This document shows positions 20,239 to 29,087 of a DNA stretch of 47,271 nucleotides, piece by piece. Source of the DNA: a virus (Duplodnaviria; Caudoviricetes). The translations under genes were made by a program, and so were the position numbers. The stretch lies in IMG/VR virus record IMGVR_UViG_3300039066_000017, positions 1 through 47,271 of that record; one strand, 5' to 3'. Each line of letters begins with the position of its first letter. The first letter of the stretch is position 1. The notes beneath the pieces were generated by a model. It was not told the origin of the DNA. It was given only the letters and a program-made list of their open reading frames with translations, and did not search any database.

Positions 20239-20574
20239 TTAGTTACCCTTGTTAAGAAGCTTCAATTGAAGTTCCTCATGTTCAGCAGGATTCTCGATGT
20301 TCATCTGGTCCATCATTTCGCTAAACAGAAGATCATCTTCAGTAAACTTTGGTTGTTCTCCTGGTAATGACTCAGAAGGAGCCTTGTTAGACTCCTCACC
20401 CTTGTCACTACTAGTTACATCCTTGTGACCAGTGTTAGATTTAGTTTTGTTGGGATGAAAATTCGTGTCAAACTCAAGCTCTAGATCGTTTAGTTTGAGT
20501 TTTTTTAAGCCAGAGATTTTGGCAGCTCTAATAATGCTGATAATGTCATTAGCCGTAATTGTGGTTCCACTCAT
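20239..20574 (-). CDS. Hypothetical protein
   Basis: Between terL and portal, overlapping the terL stop. Confidence 0.65.
   Translation of the reverse strand: MSGTTITANDIISIIRAAKISGLKKLKLNDLELEFDTNFHPNKTKSNTGHKDVTSSDKGEESNKAPSESLPGEQPKFTEDDLLFSEMMDQMNIENPAEHEELQLKLLNKGN
20443..20471 (-). promoter_or_regulatory. Promoter-like element TTGACA-N7-TCATCCCAACAAAACT
   Basis: Perfect -35 plus exact motif, inside ORF 20239..20574, about 210 nt upstream of the portal gene. Confidence 0.75.
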
Positions 20575-22039
20575 CTATTTCATCTCCTAATTCATCAAAG
20601 TCATATTCTTGTTCATTAAATTCATGTCTACCTACACGCTTGGTAGGCATTATCTTTTCAGGTTCAGATGTTTTGATTTTTGTGAAGTCGAAAGGGATTG
20701 TGGTGATGGCGTATCTGGTAGCGTCTAGAGCATCATCTTTAGCTCTTTTCTTATCTTCATTAACTCCAAGAGAATTCATCTCTTCTACTACTTTATCTAC
20801 TTCACCAGTCCCATCATCGAGTAGAATGAACATGTCATTTTTGAATAGTGAATTGAGTAGACCATAACCAAGCTCTCTATCTTTATTGGCCTTAGCTAAT
20901 CCTAGCCCTTGTCGTTCAGAGATAATTCCAATAGCAGCTGCTGAATGGTCATAGAATGCTCCAGCCATATCAACAATACCTAACTCAGCTTTCATCTCTA
21001 GAAATTTTAGAATTACATCATCAGGAGTAGTTGATTCACCATCACCTCTCCATAACTTCATTAATCTAGCCTGAGTACATTCAGGATTAACTGCTACGAA
21101 TGCAATAGCTGAAGGATGTCCATGCTGACCACCAGCTCCATAGTCTATTCCAGCGTACCAATCCCATCCTTTAATTGGATGCCATGGCTTAACATGTTTA
21201 ACTGAGTTGAATTGAGTAATAGCTAGACCTTCAAGCTTCTTGAATAGTCCATATACTCGAACATCAATCTCTTTCTGATTAGGAAGTGTTTGCTCAATCT
21301 GTTTAATCTTCTCAACAGTCCAAATAGATTGTTTACCATTAGCTAATTTCAAACAGTCATACATTGAAACTGTCTTAACCCATGAGTCAGGAATTTTAGT
21401 AATTCCAGCTTGGATATCAGCGAGATATTTTTGACCTAATGTAGGAGTACAACCTTGCCAATACATAGCTCCAGCATTAGCAGGTGAAGCAATACGCATC
21501 TGTAGCTCTGGCCATAAATCAAATGGTAATTCTTCATCACATGCAATAATAGCTGGAGTAGATGCTTGTAGAGTGTCAGCACCAGAGGCATAAGTTTTAA
21601 AGTATAGAGTTACACCTGAGTTAAACTCAATTGTATCAATATAGTGACCATCCCATGTCTCTTTCCATCCATATTGTGGGTCATCTTTAAATTCATTTTT
21701 AGGCATGAACTCTGACCACTTACCAATCCACTCACGAGTAGCAGACTTTTTATCAGGGTAGAGATACATCATTTGAGTAGGTGTACGTTTAAACCTGGAC
21801 CACAACTTCTTTTCAGTAGCGTAATTGATAATCCTTCTGATCATTACAGAAGAACCACCAATCTGATTAGCTTTGAATATGAATTGGAATGTAGCTGGAC
21901 ATACCCAAAATTCCTCTTGCCATTCATACATGTCGAATGAGTAAAGGTGAGGTAATCCTGTCTTCAATTCTTGAATACGTTTGAGTTTATCTCTCTTTTG
22001 ACGTAATTCTTGAGCTGTATCAGCCATTAGCCACTTCAA
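20549..22039 (-). CDS. terL: Terminase large subunit
   Basis: YEWQ adenine motif, KANQIGGSS Walker A, IIACDEE Walker B, CTP, GIDYG nuclease motif, DDALDATRY. Confidence 0.93.
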   Translation of the reverse strand: MKWLMADTAQELRQKRDKLKRIQELKTGLPHLYSFDMYEWQEEFWVCPATFQFIFKANQIGGSSVMIRRIINYATEKKLWSRFKRTPTQMMYLYPDKKSATREWIGKWSEFMPKNEFKDDPQYGWKETWDGHYIDTIEFNSGVTLYFKTYASGADTLQASTPAIIACDEELPFDLWPELQMRIASPANAGAMYWQGCTPTLGQKYLADIQAGITKIPDSWVKTVSMYDCLKLANGKQSIWTVEKIKQIEQTLPNQKEIDVRVYGLFKKLEGLAITQFNSVKHVKPWHPIKGWDWYAGIDYGAGGQHGHPSAIAFVAVNPECTQARLMKLWRGDGESTTPDDVILKFLEMKAELGIVDMAGAFYDHSAAAIGIISERQGLGLAKANKDRELGYGLLNSLFKNDMFILLDDGTGEVDKVVEEMNSLGVNEDKKRAKDDALDATRYAITTIPFDFTKIKTSEPEKIMPTKRVGRHEFNEQEYDFDELGDEIDEWNHNYG

Positions 22040-22736
22040 TAGTAATAGGTGGAGATTTACCTTCTAGAGCTGCAATTTCTTTTTGAAGATCTTCAATAGA
22101 CTCTTTATCTTTCTTAGACTCATTAGTGTTATGAGTTTGAATTCTCTGAACAGCTTTACCATGAACCCTATCTTGAACAGTGTTATAGGCATGTAACTGG
22201 AGAGCAGCTATTTTAACATTGAACTTTTTATTACCAGCTCTATCTACTTCATATGGAGAAGCATTAAGAATATCAATTAGAGCTTTCTGACCAAGATGCA
22301 TTCCTAGCTTATTAGCCTTAGAGTAAGACATGAGTGGACATAGGACATATGCCATCTTCATTGCCCATTCATCTCTAACCTTGAACCAATAAGTATTACT
22401 ACAAACACCTTTCCAGATGTTGTTCTCACTAATAGCTCTATTTTCAGCTAAGGCAGTATTAACCTCATCCCAAAATGAAACTCTTAGTAACTGATCAACC
22501 TGACATGGCTTAGCTTCAATAGCTATTTCATATTCAGTCATTTCAGTTAGAGCTACAGAATTATTTTTGATTGAACGAAAGAGTCTTTCTGATGTTGGAG
22601 CTACAGCACCTAGAACAATGTCATCAAACTCAACTTCTTTTAAGTCGTGATGGATAACTTTATCTTTGTTCCGCTTGGAAATATCGTCTACTAAGTCTGA
22701 ATAACCTAAGAAATGATCACCAACTGTTCTTCCCAT
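22020..22736 (-). CDS. Putative terminase small subunit
   Basis: Immediately upstream of and overlapping terL; DRVHGKAVQ motif near the C-terminus. Confidence 0.6.
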   Translation of the reverse strand: MGRTVGDHFLGYSDLVDDISKRNKDKVIHHDLKEVEFDDIVLGAVAPTSERLFRSIKNNSVALTEMTEYEIAIEAKPCQVDQLLRVSFWDEVNTALAENRAISENNIWKGVCSNTYWFKVRDEWAMKMAYVLCPLMSYSKANKLGMHLGQKALIDILNASPYEVDRAGNKKFNVKIAALQLHAYNTVQDRVHGKAVQRIQTHNTNESKKDKESIEDLQKEIAALEGKSPPITIEVANG

Positions 22737-22742
22737 TCCTTA

Positions 22743-22772
22743 ATGGTTGTTGGGATGAATTTAGTGAGTCAA
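22743..22772 (-). promoter_or_regulatory. Promoter-like element TTGACT-N8-TCATCCCAACAACCAT
   Basis: Fills the 42-bp gap between the integrase stop and putative terS start. Confidence 0.75.
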
Positions 22773-22778
22773 ATTTGG

Positions 22779-23903
22779 TTAGTTAGCTGAAATTCTCTTT
22801 CTATAACTCTTCCAGGTACGGTCAATTGAGCTATGACCAAGATCCATGGAGATTCTTTCCATACTCTCACTCAGACCTAGCATGATGTCTGTATAACCCT
22901 TTCTGAATGAATACAGGCCATACTCATCACCTAGAACTTTTTTGAGCATATAGATAGATGGAGCGATTAAGGACTTGTTTGACTTGATGATGTGGTATGC
23001 ATCTTTTTGAAAGGTATGTTTGATAGCTACCTCTTTAAACCTCAAGTGACGAGGCAATGAGACTAGCTTAGATTGATATATTTTAACGGTATTCTTACCA
23101 ATTGTTAGAGTCTTTGAATCTCTAGTGGCTACTACATCCATCTCTGATGGTCTTAGTCCAAAGCCCAAACAGACTATACACCAGTTAATTTCCTCTTGAG
23201 TTAATTCATTAGAGTCTTTAAGTATCTCCATCATCGCTAATGAAATACCTTTAGCCTCTTTAGTCTTACCACCTGTTTTATCCATATACTTATCACTGAT
23301 ACGGCCAATTTCTACACCTCTAGGCATAGATAGCTTCTCGTAGTACTTACCCATTTTCTTTGAGTAGAACTCTCCATAGTGATTCATAAAGCTAATTATT
23401 TTTGAAACAGTAGATGGAGCATATCCTTCTAACTTTCTAATTACTGTACGTTTATTTTCTGCCCATTCACCTGGAGCAATATCTAATTCAGATATAACTC
23501 TCATAGTGGTTTTCCAGTGGAAATAGGTCTTAGACTTTTCATAGTCCTGAGAGAACGAATTATCTTTTAACTTCTTTTCAAACTCATTAACTAGATATTG
23601 AGGTAGGTAAGCAGACTTTAAGAGCTCTTTATGTTCTTTCTGTTCAAGATATTTAAACCTAGCCTTACGCTCTTTTGAATCATTTAATTTAGCCTGAGAG
23701 TTGATAGATAAAAGTAACTCTTTAGCTTCTTCATAAGTCATAGACTGGTGAAAACCGTACCTATGCCACTCACTCACTGGTAGATATTTCTCAACGTAAT
23801 CCCTATCTTCTTTACCAGCAGCAATACGGTCCTCTAGCTTGTATGACCTAAGCCTTACCGCGAATCCCTTATCTGTCTTTTTTAGATTAATTTTGAAACT
23901 CAT
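22779..23903 (-). CDS. int: Tyrosine recombinase / phage integrase
   Basis: GLRPSE (R), YSFR (variant HxxR), LGHSS, WKSY catalytic Tyr; att-like sequence directly upstream. Confidence 0.85.
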   Translation of the reverse strand: MSFKINLKKTDKGFAVRLRSYKLEDRIAAGKEDRDYVEKYLPVSEWHRYGFHQSMTYEEAKELLLSINSQAKLNDSKERKARFKYLEQKEHKELLKSAYLPQYLVNEFEKKLKDNSFSQDYEKSKTYFHWKTTMRVISELDIAPGEWAENKRTVIRKLEGYAPSTVSKIISFMNHYGEFYSKKMGKYYEKLSMPRGVEIGRISDKYMDKTGGKTKEAKGISLAMMEILKDSNELTQEEINWCIVCLGFGLRPSEMDVVATRDSKTLTIGKNTVKIYQSKLVSLPRHLRFKEVAIKHTFQKDAYHIIKSNKSLIAPSIYMLKKVLGDEYGLYSFRKGYTDIMLGLSESMERISMDLGHSSIDRTWKSYRKRISAN

Positions 23904-23950
23904 GAGGTGATAGTTACATCACCAACTATAAATGGTCTATTGAAAATGCA

Positions 23951-24122
23951 GGTCCACATGTCCCTTGAGTAGACGCTGTTTTCAGGCGTAAATCAAGTAA
24001 ATTCAAACATATGGACCATCAATTGGTGGAGGTGGTGGAAGTACCAAAAGCGTCTTAAAGATATAGAGGGAATGTCTTTGTGAATGTTTAAATATTTGTA
24101 GAGATGAATTAAGAGATGAATT
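23951..24122 (-). other. Putative attP region with tmRNA-3'-end-like core (24024-24042)
   Basis: Minus strand ACTTCCACCACCTCCACCA; flanking inverted repeats ggtccacatgt/acatatggacc and agacgct/agcgtct; direct repeat agagatgaatt x2. Confidence 0.6.
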
Positions 24123-24149
24123 GAATGAGGGTGTAGAAAGACGAATTAT

Positions 24150-24767
24150 TTAATTGACGATGCACTTACGATATTTACGAATGATGTTCTTAGCTGACCT
24201 ATCACTTACACCGTAGATTAGACCTACTTGCTTATAACAACCTAGCTGGTCGAATGAGTCTGATAACTCACTTGGATTAGCTTTTAACTCTCCACCAGAA
24301 GCTCTAGTTACTCCTCTCTTTGTTCCATGAGTATCAGTCTGATAATGACAGTTAGGACATAGATAGCGACAATTCTCTAGCCTCCAGTCTGTTCCATGGC
24401 CATTACGATGATCAATATGAAGTGTTAGAGGTTTATTATTCCAGACAGTACCTATTCCACACTCTGAACATTTCTCAGCTGGAAATAATCTTCTATAGAA
24501 TTTAGCTAAAACAGTATTTGACGCTGGAGAATTTTCAACGAACATTTCAAGAGGTGAGTATTTATATTGAGGACCAGTCTTAGGAGCTCTGAATGTAAAG
24601 TGTGAGATATCTAGATTGTAATGTTTAACCCATCTCTTAACAGTCTCAACAGAGCTACCAGCACTATTACCCTTAACTTTTCTAGTTAACTCAAGCCAAG
24701 TAGAGCTAGATTTAACTTCTAGCTCCATCTCTTCTCTAGATAGTTGTGGATTTACTTTCGGTCCCAT
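24150..24767 (-). CDS. HNH endonuclease with HTH-like flanks
   Basis: CSECG...WNNKPLTLHIDHRNG...DWRLENCRYLCPNCH. Confidence 0.9.
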   Translation of the reverse strand: MGPKVNPQLSREEMELEVKSSSTWLELTRKVKGNSAGSSVETVKRWVKHYNLDISHFTFRAPKTGPQYKYSPLEMFVENSPASNTVLAKFYRRLFPAEKCSECGIGTVWNNKPLTLHIDHRNGHGTDWRLENCRYLCPNCHYQTDTHGTKRGVTRASGGELKANPSELSDSFDQLGCYKQVGLIYGVSDRSAKNIIRKYRKCIVN

Positions 24768-24963
24768 CCATTAAATTGGAGTCGGGATGAATTTTAGAAG
24801 TCAAATTTGAAATTACACTATTTTCACACTCACAATATGAATGCCTCTTTTCACATTTGTCACAAAATGGAGATGCTTTCTGACCAAAGATTCTATCTAG
24901 TCCTTCATGATACTTTTTAATGTCGGTATTTTTATGAGCTGTTTCTGGAAAGAATTGTGACAT
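24736..24963 (-). CDS. Hypothetical Cys-rich protein
   Basis: RBS aggag; Y.EG.DRIFG and CDKC...C.C motifs; contains a variant promoter motif at 24779-24790. Confidence 0.6.
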   Translation of the reverse strand: MSQFFPETAHKNTDIKKYHEGLDRIFGQKASPFCDKCEKRHSYCECENSVISNLTSKIHPDSNLMDGTESKSTTI

Positions 24964-25133
24964 GAATATCTCCTATGAATGTATTTAAAGGCTGGTCTAT
25001 GCTCTCTTTCAACCATTTACCTGAACCTTTGTTAGCCGTTCAGCACCTAACCACTAACTAGTATGCATTCGCCATTACGACAAACTAGTGGCCACAAACA
25101 TATACTTATAGAGATGAGTGATGCTGGTCAACA

Positions 25134-25487
25134 CTACTTAGCTGGAATGCTCTTGATGAGATAATCTCTTACCTTTTTCTGAGATAACATTTCAATTAAA
25201 GCATTACCAAATGATTGTGAGATAGACTCAGCGACTACTGACTCTAGAGTTTGATTAAGCCCATTAGCTGAACATACAGCATGAGCCCATTCATGGATAA
25301 ATACTCTGACTTGTGGCTTACCTTTAAGCTCATCAGCTATAGCAATGACATCATCAACATCATCACAATAACCTAGACCTTCCTTGATATTAAGATCTTG
25401 AGCTATTTCAATTTGAGGCTTAACTACGACCTGGAATGGCACACCTAGAACTACTACTTCATCAAATTTAATCATAATCACCCCCAA
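25134..25487 (-). CDS. Zn metallopeptidase-like protein (ImmA/IrrE-like HEXXH)
   Basis: GYCD...IAI...VFIHEWAHA...E. Confidence 0.7.
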   Translation of the reverse strand: MGVIMIKFDEVVVLGVPFQVVVKPQIEIAQDLNIKEGLGYCDDVDDVIAIADELKGKPQVRVFIHEWAHAVCSANGLNQTLESVVAESISQSFGNALIEMLSQKKVRDYLIKSIPAK

Positions 25488-25514
25488 CTATAATAGTTGT
25501 AGGGATAAAAATAA

Positions 25515-25679
25515 TTAGCTCTTTGGCTTATCTAACTTAATCTCATTATTCGAGATATCTTTAACTTGGTCTGCTACGTTGGAAATTTGCTTAGATATAT
25601 CCTTTAGCAATGTAAGGATGCGCTCTTGATTGGTTAAGACAGTATCTTTAGCCTTAAGCTCTTTGGCCTTATCAGACAT
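25515..25679 (-). CDS. Small coiled-coil protein (54 aa, absent from ORF track)
   Basis: MSDKAKELKAKDTVLTNQERILTLLKDISKQ...; RBS agggg. Confidence 0.65.
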   Translation of the reverse strand: MSDKAKELKAKDTVLTNQERILTLLKDISKQISNVADQVKDISNNEIKLDKPKS

Positions 25680-25749
25680 AAAATTCCCCTTATGGTTAGC
25701 CTTTCGGAGATTTATTAATTAACTTTAGCTGAATTTTTCTTATACAAGG

Positions 25750-26181
25750 TTACGGACGACATTGAACGTGTAGATGTGGCCATTTAGTTTGTTTACCATC
25801 TTTATCAAACTCAGCATCTTCAAACACACCTTCTCTCTCTTTACCGTCAGTAATTGAGATAGCTCCTAGCTTGAACTCTTTATTGATTAAGTCTACAAAC
25901 TCCAGGATCTTTTCTTTTTTCCATCCAATAACTGAAATATCAAAAGCTCTACCCTTAGAATGAATATCAGTTTTAGATACACCTTTAATTTTTGGACGAA
26001 TGATTGATGTGAATTTAAGTGGAAGGTAATTCTCTTTAGCAAATTTAACAGTAAATGCTGCTAATACGATGAGATTATCATGAACTTTATACCAGTCAGC
26101 AGTATCAACTCCAACTTTATGTTCAAACTGTCTAAGGATAATGATTATAGCTTCTCTACCAACTGGAGTTAGTTTTTCCAT
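25750..26181 (-). CDS. Endolysin, peptidase M15-like
   Basis: TSIIR...IHSKGRAFDI...HLHVQ (H-x6-D, HxH Zn ligands); exact promoter motif at 26192-26203 upstream. Confidence 0.75.
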   Translation of the reverse strand: MEKLTPVGREAIIIILRQFEHKVGVDTADWYKVHDNLIVLAAFTVKFAKENYLPLKFTSIIRPKIKGVSKTDIHSKGRAFDISVIGWKKEKILEFVDLINKEFKLGAISITDGKEREGVFEDAEFDKDGKQTKWPHLHVQCRP

Positions 26182-26213
26182 ACATAAATTTTTGTAAGGA
26201 TGAGAGAAATTAG

Positions 26214-26345
26214 CTACTTTTTGGAATTAATAGCTTTAATGATAGCTTCAATCTTCTTAACTAGTGATGTGTTGCCATCTAATCTAGCCTGACTGAGCTG
26301 ATTTTGAAGTCTTTCTAGTGATTCTCTTTTAGCTTTATCACTCAT
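26214..26345 (-). CDS. Small protein (43 aa, absent from ORF track)
   Basis: MSDKAKRESLERLQNQLSQARLDGNTSLVKKIEAIIKAINSKK; ATGA overlap with the upstream gene. Confidence 0.6.
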   Translation of the reverse strand: MSDKAKRESLERLQNQLSQARLDGNTSLVKKIEAIIKAINSKK

Positions 26346-26569
26346 GGATGATAAGACTGCTCTCTTTGATACTTAGCATGTTTTAGTAATTCCTTTTTCC
26401 ACTCATCAGCAATTCTGCTTAGCTCATCATCTGACAAGTCACCAATTTTAACTTTGGCATCTGTACCAGCTGCCTTATCAATCATGATAAAATTAGGGAT
26501 GGTTGGAATTTTAGCTTTAACCGTAATATCCATAAAGACTCCAGTGTAAATTTGACCCTCTATTACCAC
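26342..26569 (-). CDS. Hypothetical protein (start may be the internal Met, MDITVK)
   Basis: PNFI...I.DLSDDEL..IA.EW...L phage small-protein pattern. Confidence 0.65.
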   Translation of the reverse strand: MVIEGQIYTGVFMDITVKAKIPTIPNFIMIDKAAGTDAKVKIGDLSDDELSRIADEWKKELLKHAKYQREQSYHP

Positions 26570-26641
26570 ACAAATATCCAGTTATTATTAAACTCACGAG
26601 GGTCAGATGAGCGTTCTGAATTGTAACTTTTTATTCTTGCG

Positions 26642-26938
26642 CTAAAAATATCTCTTACCAAACCCCTTGCGAGACAAAGAGGGTATCGTTTTTGGTATAT
26701 AAGCCTTCTCGTCTTCATCTAGTTCAGAGATACGACCTTCCTTCCTCTGAGGCACCCCTCCGACAATACAAAGATGGTAAGCTCTTTCATCTGTGGGCAC
26801 GCCATTTCTCGAAATTTCATTTTCTAAAATTCCCCATGCCTTATTGTATAAACTTCCCGTCTCTATGGTGTTTGAGTAATCAAGTCTCCATGCGAGTCTT
26901 TTTAAAATACCCTCAATCGTTTCGTTGCTAATATTCAT
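26642..26938 (-). CDS. Hypothetical protein
   Basis: Co-oriented ORF with upstream agggg. Confidence 0.5.
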   Translation of the reverse strand: MNISNETIEGILKRLAWRLDYSNTIETGSLYNKAWGILENEISRNGVPTDERAYHLCIVGGVPQRKEGRISELDEDEKAYIPKTIPSLSRKGFGKRYF

Positions 26939-27018
26939 GCTCTATAATCCCTTTTATGATTCTCTGATATACATAATCATTCTTAGCTCACCTGAATGAA
27001 TAACATAGAAATACTCAA

Positions 27019-27204
27019 TCACTTCTTTACCACTTTCGGAATTACACCATCAAATTTACTACATCTCTCTACATATGAGGTCCCCACTTTACTGTCAGTG
27101 CTACACACCTTAGATGCCTCAAAGCAATCCTTCGCTTGGTTTGAACAGAATTGGCATATAGACCTTGTACTATCCTTGAAAGGTTCATATCTAGAGTTAA
27201 TCAT
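27019..27204 (-). CDS. Cys-rich hypothetical protein
   Basis: ATGA overlap with the exonuclease gene; CQFC...C...C...C. Confidence 0.55.
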   Translation of the reverse strand: MINSRYEPFKDSTRSICQFCSNQAKDCFEASKVCSTDSKVGTSYVERCSKFDGVIPKVVKK

Positions 27205-28010
27205 AGCTCTTGAGGTTCCATTTGATATCTTATCTCTTCACCTAGAGTAAGAGCATTATTAATATTATCACAAGCCTTATAGAACTTGAGTTTACCATCA
27301 TCACGAATAGTCGCACTCATCTTATAAATAGCTATTGGAGCTGTAGGATCTTTACCAATTACGGCCCAATAGTAGTCACATAGAACACCAAACATTTCAT
27401 ACACACCTCTGATATACATATAAGCTGAGAGGTCATAATCCCATGTATAACAAACAGCTTTTTTGAATTGATACATATCAACTTCAACAGCTGTTTTAAG
27501 GTCTACAATATATTTCTTATCAAGGTTAAGAATATCAGGTCTGAATCTAAGTCTTAATCCAGTCTCTTTATCCTTGTAGAAGAATGATGACTCATATTCA
27601 CATCCTTCAGAGTAAAATAACTCTTTAGCGAATGGATATTTCTCAACATTAGCTCTAGCCATCATTGCAAAATTATTTTGTTCAACTGAGACTGGAGTTA
27701 GACCTGGATGAGAATTAGCATATCTATCAGCTGCTGCTTTAGGCACACTACCATCAGCATTAGTTGGACCATCATAGACAATATACTCATCATCAAACAG
27801 GTGAGGCTCTAGTAGAACAGTATGAACAAGTGAACCTAAGTCAAAAGCCTTAGTCTTTTTCTTCTTACCTTTCTTATCTAGAACCTCATACCTAAAGTGA
27901 GAGGCTGACTGTAGAGCATGTTTCAATTGAGATGAGCTGAAATAATGCTTATCTGAGTGGTAATCTTCATTTGAAAGTATATGCTTACCTTCAGCTCTCA
28001 TGAATGGCAT
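27201..28010 (-). CDS. Exonuclease VIII (RecE)-like PD-(D/E)XK nuclease
   Basis: LSNEDYH...SSSQLK...GSLVHTVLLEP...RPD...IVDLKT...YDLSAYMY. Confidence 0.88.
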   Translation of the reverse strand: MPFMRAEGKHILSNEDYHSDKHYFSSSQLKHALQSASHFRYEVLDKKGKKKKTKAFDLGSLVHTVLLEPHLFDDEYIVYDGPTNADGSVPKAAADRYANSHPGLTPVSVEQNNFAMMARANVEKYPFAKELFYSEGCEYESSFFYKDKETGLRLRFRPDILNLDKKYIVDLKTAVEVDMYQFKKAVCYTWDYDLSAYMYIRGVYEMFGVLCDYYWAVIGKDPTAPIAIYKMSATIRDDGKLKFYKACDNINNALTLGEEIRYQMEPQEL

Positions 28011-28013
28011 TGG

Positions 28014-28199
28014 TTAAGCCTTCTTCTCTGGACAGAACCAGTCACCACGAACAAAGCCTTCAACTACATAAGTAGTCCCACACTTCTCTGACGCTGCTTT
28101 TACTGTTGAGGTAATTAAACTTCCAGCTACCCATACTTTAGCTACAGCAATTGAAAAGACAAAACCAACCACCACAATTAACGCTACTATTTCTTTCAT
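28014..28199 (-). CDS. Small membrane protein
   Basis: N-terminal TM helix; RBS aggag. Confidence 0.6.
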   Translation of the reverse strand: MKEIVALIVVVGFVFSIAVAKVWVAGSLITSTVKAASEKCGTTYVVEGFVRGDWFCPEKKA

Positions 28200-28200
28200 T

Positions 28201-28446
28201 TTAAACTCCTAAAATTTTATTAGTTTCTTCAATAGACTTATCAATCTGACTTACATGTAACTGGAGCTCAGCCTGATTAACTTGTAGCTCACTAATCTCT
28301 TTCTGCTTGATTGAGATATCAGTCTCATTTGTAGCTAGAAAGCTCATGGCCATCTTGCGACATTTCTCAAGCTTGTTCTTAGTCTCAACTAGAACCTTAA
28401 GAGCTTTGTTCTTTTCATTAGCGATTGCTTTTAACTGATAATGCAT
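28201..28446 (-). CDS. Coiled-coil hypothetical protein
   Basis: RBS aaggag, heptad pattern. Confidence 0.6.
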   Translation of the reverse strand: MHYQLKAIANEKNKALKVLVETKNKLEKCRKMAMSFLATNETDISIKQKEISELQVNQAELQLHVSQIDKSIEETNKILGV

Positions 28447-28449
28447 TGA

Positions 28450-28716
28450 TTACTCCTTTAATTCCTTATAGAGGTTGTAAAATGTTTCATATTGTTCGAG
28501 TCGTCTTACTTCATTCATTAAATCTTTATTCTCATCCTGGAGTCTCTTTAATTGGATAGCATTCTGTTGAATTATTTCTTTGACAGTTTCATGTCTAACC
28601 ATTCCACCATTGCCTTTTCCATCACCACCAAAGACCTTATACATCATCATCATTCCCTCTAAAGGTCTTAACCTTAAACTCTTTAGCCTCTTGAATCTTA
28701 TTCTGGTGATGTTCAA
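28450..28716 (-). CDS. Hypothetical coiled-coil protein (true start probably in the MMMM run)
   Basis: Co-oriented ORF; gaggg precedes the Met run. Confidence 0.55.
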   Translation of the reverse strand: MNITRIRFKRLKSLRLRPLEGMMMMYKVFGGDGKGNGGMVRHETVKEIIQQNAIQLKRLQDENKDLMNEVRRLEQYETFYNLYKELKE

Positions 28717-28891
28717 AACAATAAATTTGATAATCAGCTAGAGCTAACCACTTCTTATTCGTTTCAATTAACCCATTAATCCACCAAGCCTTACTTGGGG
28801 TTTGAGCTAGAGCTAATTTAATAGCTAACTCATCAATTCGCTCAGTAGATAGTCTCTTAATCTCTTGCCAGTATTCATAATCAGTCATCAT
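28637..28891 (-). CDS. Hypothetical protein, first gene of the minus-strand block
   Basis: RBS aagga; directly behind the motif at 28922-28933. Confidence 0.65.
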   Translation of the reverse strand: MMTDYEYWQEIKRLSTERIDELAIKLALAQTPSKAWWINGLIETNKKWLALADYQIYCFEHHQNKIQEAKEFKVKTFRGNDDDV

Positions 28892-28917
28892 TAATCCTTA
28901 ATGTGTGTGATGGTTAA

Positions 28918-28947
28918 ATGTTTGTTGGGATGAAAAATTAAAAGCAA
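28918..28947 (-). promoter_or_regulatory. Promoter-like element TTGCTT-N8-TCATCCCAACAAACAT
   Basis: Exact motif in the divergent intergenic region heading the minus-strand block. Confidence 0.75.
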
Positions 28948-29087
28948 AAGAAAAATATCAATTTCTTTTCAGGCATGAGTCATAAGTGGTTGATGTGAAT
29001 ATGATTATTGGTGGTCAAGAAAATAATTCGTGAAACTGATACTCCTTAAAATAGAAGAAGGTTAAGCATCTCTATAAATCTAGATGC

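Noticed and set aside
21847-21876. Terminase Walker A apparently lacking the P-loop lysine (KANQIGGSS)
   Set aside because: Fits the known deviant terminase motif with Lys at the start of the loop, as in lambda gpA KSARVGYS; not evidence of inactivation
25060-25085. GTAATGGCGAATG resembling the 3' end of the HDV ribozyme
   Set aside because: Could not build P1, P3/L3 and P1.1 upstream; the bases fit a simple hairpin
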